64,000 nt of DNA from Mycoplasma sp. CAG:776 (GTDB lineage: Bacteria > Bacillota_I > Bacilli_A > RF39 > UBA660), in assembly GCA_000438195.1 (NCBI GenBank), contig FR903078.1, positions 73,845 through 137,844 on the forward strand. The letters run 5' to 3'. The notes under the pieces are model-generated. The model ran no database searches. It was given only the letters and a program-made list of their open reading frames with translations, and was not told the origin of the DNA. The position numbers and the translations under genes were made by a program. Shown in pieces: positions 54,140-62,400 of this stretch. How positions within the stretch are numbered: position 1 is the stretch's first letter; every line of letters starts with the position of its first letter.

Positions 54140-55027
54140 TTATTTCTTATCTTTCATAACCTCCATTAAAGTAGTACCAAAAGTTGCTATATCTTGTAAA
54201 TTAGCTGGAATAATTAATTTAGTTGATTGTCCATCAGCTACTTTTCCTAAAGCTTCATAGCTTTTTAGAGTTAATACTGCTCCATCAGCTTTCGCATTTT
54301 TTAAAAGTTCAATACCTTTTGCTTCTGCCTCTTTTATTTTTAACATTGCTTCGGCTTTTCCTTCGGCTATTCTAATAGCACTTTCTGCCTCCGCTTCCGC
54401 TCTTAAAATAGCGCTTTCTTTTTCTCCTTCAGCAATTAAAACACTAGATTTTTTCTCACCTTCTGCTTGTAAAATCTTTTCTCTTCTTTCTCTTTCGGCA
54501 CGCATTTGCTTTTCCATCGCATCTTGAATATCACGAGGTGGTAAAATGTTTTTTACTTCAACACGATTTACTTTAATGCCCCATGGATCAGTTGCTTCAT
54601 CTAATATAGCACGCATTTTACCATTAATGATATCTCTACTTGTCAAAGTTTGATCCAATTCTAATTCACCAATAATATTTCTAAGTGTCGTTGCGGTCAA
54701 ATTTTCAATCGCACTTACAGGAGCATCTACTCCATAGGTGTATAATTTAGGATCCGTTATTTGATAATAAACAACTGTATCTATTTGCATAGTTACATTG
54801 TCTTTTGTAATTACTGGTTGTGGTGCAAAATCCTTTACAGTTTCTTTTAAACTTACTACTTTTGAAACCCGATCAACAAATGGTATTTTTACATGCAATC
54901 CATTTTGCCATGTTGCATGATAACTCCCTAATCTTTCAATAACATAAGCTTTTGCTTGTGGTACAATTTTAATATTTGGTATGATTAAAATAACAATTAA
55001 AACTAAAATGGCAATTAAAAATTCCAT
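54140..55027 (-). CDS. SPFH/band-7 (stomatin-like) protein
   Basis: 295 aa; N-terminal TM, SPFH core (VIERLGSYHATW...TKDNVTMQIDTVVYYQI), Ala/Glu coiled-coil region. Confidence 0.9.
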   Translation of the reverse strand: MEFLIAILVLIVILIIPNIKIVPQAKAYVIERLGSYHATWQNGLHVKIPFVDRVSKVVSLKETVKDFAPQPVITKDNVTMQIDTVVYYQITDPKLYTYGVDAPVSAIENLTATTLRNIIGELELDQTLTSRDIINGKMRAILDEATDPWGIKVNRVEVKNILPPRDIQDAMEKQMRAERERREKILQAEGEKKSSVLIAEGEKESAILRAEAEAESAIRIAEGKAEAMLKIKEAEAKGIELLKNAKADGAVLTLKSYEALGKVADGQSTKLIIPANLQDIATFGTTLMEVMKDKK

Positions 55028-55455
55028 TATTCTTCACCCTTTCTTACAATTAGTTTTACGCCATCAATACGTTCAATGATGACTTCTTCACCTGCTTTTA
55101 TTAATTCATTACTGATGGCACTCCATCTTTTACCATCCACTTTTACTTCCCCTATTTTCGTTTTAGTGATTTCCTCAGTTACTATTCCTTCCATACCAAT
55201 CACACGATCTAGGTTTGTACTTTCTTTTTTGTTTGTTAATTTCTTTACTAGATATGGTCTTGTTAGCAACATTAAAACAATACCTAGACATACAAATATC
55301 GCAAATTGGATATAAAATGAATCAATTACAAAAGATGTAAATAAACTTACGATGGCACTCATAACAAACCAAACGCTTACTAAGTTTACAGTTGCTACTT
55401 CTAGAAATGTTAAAAGAATAATAATGATTAACCACGCTACCCACATATACTTCAC
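55027..55455 (-). CDS. NfeD-family membrane protein
   Basis: 142 aa; three TM helices plus a C-terminal OB-fold (GMEGIVTEEI...GEVKVDGKRWSAIS). Classic NfeD-SPFH operon pair. Confidence 0.85.
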   Translation of the reverse strand: MKYMWVAWLIIIILLTFLEVATVNLVSVWFVMSAIVSLFTSFVIDSFYIQFAIFVCLGIVLMLLTRPYLVKKLTNKKESTNLDRVIGMEGIVTEEITKTKIGEVKVDGKRWSAISNELIKAGEEVIIERIDGVKLIVRKGEE

Positions 55456-55539
55456 CTCTTTTATTTCATTATACGTTAAGATATCTAAAAATACAATCTA
55501 TTTTCTTAAAATATGTTATAATCTTTTTAGGTGAGATTT

Positions 55540-56571
55540 ATGTTTGGACGTATGTTATTCATTGGCTTAAGTACAAATGATAGGAAGGTAATTAAAAAAT
55601 TGATTCAAGAGTGTCATATTGGTGGATTTGTTCTTTATTCTAAAAACTATCATAATTATGAAGAAATGGTCGACTTAATTCATTTTATTAAGCACTGTGC
55701 TTCTTTAGAAAATTATGTTATTTTAATTGGAATTGATCAAGAAGGATACCGAGTAAATCGCCTTCCTAAAGATTTTATTAATTTAAGAAGTCCCTATTCT
55801 TTACACAAAGACTTAGACGGATTGAAAACACATGCTAAAATTATTGCAAATATTCTTTCCTCTTCTGGTATACAAATAAATTTTGCTCCTGTCTTAGATA
55901 TTAAAAGATTTTCTGATCAACACTCTATAGGAGATCGGACTTTTGGCGATGATTATCAAACTGTTACTCAAAACACGATTCCTTATTTTAAAGAATTTGA
56001 AAAAAATAATGTCTTAGCTGTTGTTAAACATTTTCCTGGTCATGGCGCAACTTCAATTAATTCGCATTATTTTTTTCCTATTATTTGGAATACTAATCAG
56101 TTATTTAAAGAAGACGTTATACCTTTTAAAGAAGCTATTGACAATGATATTGACGCTATTATGGTAGGACATTTTATTATTCCTAAATTTAGTGGATTAG
56201 TTCCTTCTTCTCTTTCTTGGCGTACAGTTCAATATTTAAGAGACGATTTACATTTTGAAAAGTTAATTGTGACAGATGATTTTCAGATGGGATTATTTAA
56301 ATTTTGTAATAAAGCTAAAGTTATAAAAAAGGCTATTAATAGTGGTTTTAATTTAATTTTAATCAAATATTATGATCGATTCTTTCTTGATTACAACAAA
56401 CTTTTAAACTATCAAAAGAAAAAGAAATTAAACGATGATTTTGTTCAATATTCTGTTCAGTTAATTCAAAATATTATAAATAAATATCATATTACCAATG
56501 AATTATACCCTTCTACTTTGGATATTTCTAAAATAAATGAACAGATTACTCAATTAAATAAAAGGATGTAG
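55540..56571 (+). CDS. Glycoside hydrolase family 3 N-terminal domain protein (beta-N-acetylhexosaminidase NagZ-like)
   Basis: About 343 aa from ATG 55540 (RBS AGGTGA); IDQEGYRVNRL, NFAPVLDI, KHFPGHGAT, VTDDFQM motifs. Confidence 0.85.
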   Translation: MFGRMLFIGLSTNDRKVIKKLIQECHIGGFVLYSKNYHNYEEMVDLIHFIKHCASLENYVILIGIDQEGYRVNRLPKDFINLRSPYSLHKDLDGLKTHAKIIANILSSSGIQINFAPVLDIKRFSDQHSIGDRTFGDDYQTVTQNTIPYFKEFEKNNVLAVVKHFPGHGATSINSHYFFPIIWNTNQLFKEDVIPFKEAIDNDIDAIMVGHFIIPKFSGLVPSSLSWRTVQYLRDDLHFEKLIVTDDFQMGLFKFCNKAKVIKKAINSGFNLILIKYYDRFFLDYNKLLNYQKKKKLNDDFVQYSVQLIQNIINKYHITNELYPSTLDISKINEQITQLNKRM

Positions 56572-56608
56572 CATATAAAATACTGGATTTTTTTCTCCAG
56601 TATTTTTT

Positions 56609-57358
56609 TTAATTTAATTTTAACAAATGTTGCCAAGTATACATTTTGGCAGATACTTTTCCATCTTGATATTTACTAGCTAGACCTACATCACTCTGAT
56701 ACTTTTTAATGCAGGCTTTCATGTCCTTACCAAACTCACCATCTACTCCACAGCTTCCTAAATCATAGCCTAGACTTTGTAAGTAAATTTGAAGTGGTTT
56801 TACTGCTTTATGATTCCAACCTGTTCCGGTGGAAATCGTTGGGGTTTTTGATAAGGTTTCGGCCCCTGCAATACCATCAACATTTGCACCAATTACACTT
56901 TGTAAATCTCTAACAAAAGTAGTGTAATTATCATTAACTTTATTAAAAGGATTTTCATTTGTTAAATATGGTAATGGATCTACATATCCGTTTTTATAAA
57001 TGGCAAAATGTAAGTTATTTCCTGTAGCATTTCCTGTTTTACCCATAGTAGCTATTACTTCTCCTTTTACTACATTATCACCTTTTTTTACTTTAATTGA
57101 TCCTTCTTTTAGATGAAAATAGCGATGCTCTATTCCGTTAGTTGTAATAGCAATCCAATAGCCACCGCCACTAGAGTCATATCCAACATAAGTTACTGTT
57201 CCGTTTTCAATCGCTACAATATCATCTACCCCATTTGCTCCTACTAAATCCATTCCATTATGGGTACTTCGATTTTCATTTCTGGTTTTATAATCACTAG
57301 TTACATAGTGCTTTCCACCTTTTAAAACATTATTCTTCACGTTCAGTAGTGCCATCAA
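56609..57358 (-). CDS. M23 peptidase fused to a PG_binding_1 domain (peptidoglycan hydrolase, endolysin-like)
   Basis: 249 aa; M23 motifs HNGMDLVG and GNNLHFAIY. C-terminal KPLQIYLQSLGYDLGSCGVDGEFGKDMKACIKKYQSDVGL is a peptidoglycan-binding repeat. No signal peptide is evident. Confidence 0.85.
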   Translation of the reverse strand: MMALLNVKNNVLKGGKHYVTSDYKTRNENRSTHNGMDLVGANGVDDIVAIENGTVTYVGYDSSGGGYWIAITTNGIEHRYFHLKEGSIKVKKGDNVVKGEVIATMGKTGNATGNNLHFAIYKNGYVDPLPYLTNENPFNKVNDNYTTFVRDLQSVIGANVDGIAGAETLSKTPTISTGTGWNHKAVKPLQIYLQSLGYDLGSCGVDGEFGKDMKACIKKYQSDVGLASKYQDGKVSAKMYTWQHLLKLN

Positions 57359-57722
57359 TATCCTCCTCTCCTATAATTCCTTCTAATGTTTCATAGATTT
57401 TCTTTGGTAGAGGAAGACCCATTTTACACCAACATTTTAAAATAATTAATCCTTCATGAGCAATAAAGAAATAAATTACTAATGTTCTTATTGCTTCACT
57501 ACTTCCCATGATATTATCTAATAATACGGATAATGATACGACCATTAAATAACCTAGACTACGTATTAATCCTTTTAAGCCTACTAATTTATTCATCTTA
57601 TGACAAAATATCACTTTACACCAACCTGTAATATAAACATATAACATTACAATTAATAAAACAATAATTGGCTTATCTATTCCTCCTAATAAGTAAGAGA
57701 AAACATTATATATATGTTCCAT
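57330..57722 (-). CDS. Holin (Phage_holin_4_1 / TcdE-UtxA-like family)
   Basis: 130 aa; three TM helices. YVYITGWCKV...LVGLKGLIRSLGYLMVV...FFIAHEGLIILKCWCKMGLPLPKKI parallels the family pattern DYITG...SK.G.KG...ANE.lSIlEN...GvPiP. Overlaps the hydrolase gene by 29 nt. Confidence 0.75.
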   Translation of the reverse strand: MEHIYNVFSYLLGGIDKPIIVLLIVMLYVYITGWCKVIFCHKMNKLVGLKGLIRSLGYLMVVSLSVLLDNIMGSSEAIRTLVIYFFIAHEGLIILKCWCKMGLPLPKKIYETLEGIIGEEDIDGTTEREE

Positions 57723-57978
57723 AATTCTTCCTCCTACTTATTATATGAACTTTATTATAGTAACGAGTTGGCGTTTGTACTATATTTGATATTGATATGT
57801 GTTCTTGAATTCATAATAAAAAGAACTAGCATAATTCAATTGCGTTAGTTTTTAAAATTAGATAAATCTTCTTGTTCTTAAAAATATAATTTATTCTCCA
57901 ATATTAAATCCTATTTTTATTTTACCATCAATTACTATATTTTGTTTAATTTTGCATATTTTTTGTCTGTTTTAATAT

Positions 57979-58554
57979 TTAATCATAGGGAATATTTGAA
58001 AAAACACTACTCCAATTTTCATTTATTATATTTTCTTCAATTATTCCATAATCATATTTTATATATTCATTTTTTGATGATATAAAATAGTAATTGTAAT
58101 AAACATCATAGTATGTTGTTATATATAAGTAAAATGCAATATAGTCATTTCTTCTACCAACAATTGAAAGATTTGTTTTTACAAAAGTTTCCACAATATC
58201 TTTGATTGGTAGATTTTCTATCTTTTTAGAAGTACACACTTCCATTCCATGATAATCATATTTATGATCATTAGCATTAGAACACCAAATATTTTTTCCT
58301 ATTCTATCTAATTCTGGATATTCTATAAAATAATTTACTAATTCATTTAAATATTCTTCATTTTCTTGAAAATACTCTAAACGTTTTTCTTTGCTTTCAT
58401 ATTCCATAGCTTTTTTATCAATAATATTCTCTTTAAGACCATCACCTAAAAATATCACTATTATTGTTATTGGAAATATAAGTAATGCAATTATTAGAAT
58501 TATTATACTAACAATTATTATTTTCTTTCTATTTATTTTTAAAAATTGCATCAT
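57979..58554 (-). CDS. Membrane-anchored hypothetical protein (candidate immunity/orphan module)
   Basis: 191 aa; one N-terminal TM then a Tyr/Asn-rich domain. 4-nt ATGA overlap with the upstream gene. Confidence 0.55.
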   Translation of the reverse strand: MMQFLKINRKKIIIVSIIILIIALLIFPITIIVIFLGDGLKENIIDKKAMEYESKEKRLEYFQENEEYLNELVNYFIEYPELDRIGKNIWCSNANDHKYDYHGMEVCTSKKIENLPIKDIVETFVKTNLSIVGRRNDYIAFYLYITTYYDVYYNYYFISSKNEYIKYDYGIIEENIINENWSSVFSNIPYD

Positions 58555-59345
58555 CTTTTATTGCCTTTATTTTCTAGTTCTAAAATTATTTTTATTTCTT
58601 TTTTTAATTGATTAAACTGCATTAAGCCAAATCCTTCTATTTCATTTGGTATATACATTTTGTTTCCTCCAAAAGATACCCCTATTGGTAATTTGTAATA
58701 TCTTTTATCTTGATCTAATGTATTAATAAAGCGATTAAACATGGAACTCATTCTATCTACACTGATTATAATTGTTATAAATAATTCATACCTCATACTT
58801 TTCTTCGCCTGATTAAAATCTTGTTCTATTATAGGAAATATCTCTTTCTCATACAATTCATTGAAGTTTTCTTCGGTTAATTCTTCTAATCGAGCATCAA
58901 TTATATAATAATTTTTCCTTTTTATCACTTTATGATATATTTTTAAGCTATCATTTGTATATTTTTCTTCATAGTTAAATATTTTTATTCTTTTATTTAG
59001 ATGATTACTAAAATCAAGATAATTATCTTGTTTTAATAAATACTTATCTGGCTTGGGTGGTTTAATGTTGCCATATACTATTAAAAAATAAAATAGCGAA
59101 GTGAAATAAAAAAAGCTAAAAATTATTGAATATAATACAATGGATAAATTATTTAATTTGCTATCAAAAAAGAAAATTATAATAATTAATGTAATAAACA
59201 AAATTGAAGATAGTAACACAAAAAATTTAATTAAATTTAGTTTTTGAATACTTTTTAATCTATTATCGATAATTTTAAAAGTTATAAAACTTGTAAATAA
59301 TATTAAGAATATGATTAATAATATATAAAACTTATTAATGGTCAT
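58551..59345 (-). CDS. Polytopic membrane protein (candidate cognate immunity protein of the Rhs toxin)
   Basis: 264 aa; 3-4 N-terminal TM helices plus a cytoplasmic domain. It is the first gene downstream of the Rhs C-terminal toxin domain. Confidence 0.55.
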   Translation of the reverse strand: MTINKFYILLIIFLILFTSFITFKIIDNRLKSIQKLNLIKFFVLLSSILFITLIIIIFFFDSKLNNLSIVLYSIIFSFFYFTSLFYFLIVYGNIKPPKPDKYLLKQDNYLDFSNHLNKRIKIFNYEEKYTNDSLKIYHKVIKRKNYYIIDARLEELTEENFNELYEKEIFPIIEQDFNQAKKSMRYELFITIIISVDRMSSMFNRFINTLDQDKRYYKLPIGVSFGGNKMYIPNEIEGFGLMQFNQLKKEIKIILELENKGNKR

Positions 59346-59399
59346 ATATTTTCACCATTTAAAATATAACATATATTATTTTAAATGTAAAATATTTTA

Positions 59400-59438
59400 T
59401 AATAATAAAAATGAAATCTTTTATGTTTTGATTTCATT
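59400..59438 (-). terminator. Rho-independent terminator after the Rhs gene
   Basis: Stem AAATGAAATC/GATTTCATTT followed by a U-rich tract on the minus-strand transcript. Confidence 0.6.
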
Positions 59439-59448
59439 TTATTTTGCA

Positions 59449-62400
59449 TTAAGAGAAAAGCTTTTTAAAGAATGATTTTACTTTTTTCTTTACAGAATTA
59501 TATGTTTTCTTTACAAAAGACGCAGCTTTTTTTACTGTTTTTCCTATATCTGTAGCTATACTTGTTGTTGTTGAGACTATTGTGTTCTTAGCAATTTTCT
59601 TTGTATAGTTACCTGTAAATGAAGTTTTAATTTTTGTAGGTCTTATCCATCCCTTATTTAATGGAACTATTTTATCTGCAAATTTTCCTGTTGCCATTCC
59701 AATTGTTCCATTTACTGCTGTATCCACTGCAATTTCTTTTAATGAATTTCCTGAAATTGTACTCTCAATAAATGAACTTCCATAATTACTTAGTATAGTC
59801 CCTCCAACAGTAAAACCTAATGGTGTGGTTGCAATTAATCCTGAAAATGCTCCACCTAAAGCAGAGGCGCCTACTTCTTTCCAATAATCTGTACCACTTG
59901 CAGAACTCGTAAGCATAGTAGACAAAGCAGATATTGCTCCACCTATAAGTGCTCCAGCTATCTGGAACCAAAATTCCCCTTCTACATCTATCCTACTTGT
60001 TGGGTTATTTCCTGTATAAGCATACATATTGCTAGAATTAACATCTTGTTCTGTATCTATGTAAATATCGGCACTAATAAATCTTCCCCACTCTGGATTA
60101 TAGTATCTACTATTTAAATAATATAACTTTGTTTCATTATCATAATAGTATGATCTATATCTAAATGGATTAATATATCCTATATGAGATGTATCAGTAA
60201 TAATAGTGTTGTTATTATCTTTAATAGATATTAATTTTCCCCATGAGTTATATTCATAACTACATAATAAATTATAATTACTATCTGTTATTCCTATGAT
60301 ATCTTCTTGCATATTCTTAATATAATAATATATTGTATCATTATATTTAAATCCTATTAATTTGTTGTTATTGTCTCTAATATAATATGTTTTATTATTT
60401 CCAGTTGTTTCAAAGATTATATTTCTTGCTTCATAATAATAATTTGTTATTATGTTATTAACTGTCTTTCCTAATCTTAAACTTTCATTATCATATCTAT
60501 ATGTAATATTTAAATTATTATCATAATCATTATAACTTCTCATCTCTTTGGCATTACCCCAAGTTAGTGTTTTGTTTCCTATGGTTAATGGATTACCTAA
60601 TTCATCATAAGTAATTGTTTCATTGTTATATTTTGTTAATTGATCTTCCCAATTAGTGTTATTATATTCATAAGTATCAGTATGTAAGAGATTATAAGTA
60701 TTTAATTCATATTCTTGTTTCTTTAAGATATTTCCCGCATTATCATAAGTATATCTTATTGTTTTATTTAAACTATAGTTATCTTCTTTAATCAGTTCAT
60801 TAAAGTTATCATATTCATAATGATTGATTAATTTTTTATTTATATAAATATTGGTGATATTATATAAATTATCATAATCATATTCATATAAATCATTATT
60901 TATCTTCATTGATTTTAATACTGTAGATGTTTTATTACCGTTTGTTATGTAGGTATATTCTACTTTGTTATTACCGTTTATATCTTTACTTATTAACCTT
61001 CCTAGATAATCATAACTATAATTTAGATTATTATTATCAAATGTTACTTTGGTTATTGCATCATCTTTGTTGTATTCGAAAGTTACTGTTTCTTTATCAT
61101 TTAATGTATAATCTTTTTTAATAATATTATTATTTGCATTATAATCATATTCAATCATAAAATCATTCGCTACGTATTTACTTATTCTGGAAGATAAGTC
61201 ATAATAAAAATCATAGTTTTCAGCATTACTTGTTATTTTAGCTAAATTTCCTAAATTATCATAATGATATGTATAAATTGTATCATCATTATTAATTGAT
61301 TTAAGTCTATCTAATTCGTCATAAGTATAGTTTGTTATATCCCCATTTCCAAAAGTTGTTTTGATTAAATTTCCGTTTTTTTCTTCATACTCATTACTAA
61401 CTAAATTGTTATTGTTAATATTAATTGTTAAAGTATTTAAGAAATTGTCATAAGTAAAATTATATTCTTTATTATTCGATGTAATTTTCGTTAGTGCATT
61501 ATTGTCATTATAAGTATAGTTTACTTCTTTTTCTTCTTTCTTTACTTTGGTTATTTGCTCTTTATCATTATAAGTATAGTAAGTTGTTATGTTATTAGCG
61601 TCTGTAACACTATTAGTAAGTCCATTTATTTCATTAACATCGTAACTTGTTTCTTTACCTAAAGAGTCAATTGTTTTAGTTGTAAATCTACCATCATTAG
61701 TATATTCAGCTTTTGATTCAATAAATAAGCGTGTATCATTATCTTCAAAGTAGAACTCTTCATCTGATTTAGATGTATCTGTAGTTTTTATTGTTATTTT
61801 ATCATTTATATTCGCTAAATTATAGTTTTCTAAATCAATTGATGTTCCTCCTTCTTCATCTGTTTTGATATATTTTAGTTTTGGTGTAATTAAATAACTA
61901 TTATTATCATTTAGATGTAAGTTAAATAATGTTTCCTCTCCTGTTTGTTTTGTTAAACTAATATTATTGTTTAAATATGTTAAATATTTATCTCCTGTTT
62001 TAATACGGTAATATTCTCCTTCTTTTAGTAAAGTAAAGGCATCATGACTACAAGTATTTTCTTTTAAATTAATTTCATTGGTTAAAAAATCACAATCCCA
62101 GTATTTTTTAGAACCTTTTAGGCGAATATAATAGTTTTTTTGATCTATAATATCTTGATCGGGATTTACATTATTAATGAGTGTTTTGATTGGGTTACCA
62201 AATTCATCATATTCAATTTCATTTGATATTCCTGATGGTGATATTCCTTTTAATATACGGTCTGTAACATTATTATCATATTCAAACTTAAAATTATTAC
62301 CTAAAGGATTAAACATACTAATTAATTGATTATTTTCGTCATAAGTAAAAGTTGTATTCGTTCCATCTGCATTCCTAATCTTATCTAAATTACCAGTTTC

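Noticed and set aside
56609-57722. Interpretation of the holin/M23 pair as part of an intact prophage
   Set aside because: I recognised no terminase, portal, capsid, tail, integrase or repressor genes anywhere in the 64-kb window, and the flanks are chromosomal genes. A highly degraded prophage remnant cannot be excluded without wider synteny data.
57723-57978. Inverted repeat GTTCTT...AAGAAC (about 57802-57827) as a terminator between the immunity-like genes and the holin
   Set aside because: The loop is long and no U-run follows on either strand, so it is not a convincing intrinsic terminator.
59786-59971. 61-aa alternative-frame minus-strand ORF inside the Rhs C-terminal domain
   Set aside because: It is nested out of frame in the Rhs gene, is Trp/Arg/Cys-rich, and has no RBS. 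I treated it as chance.
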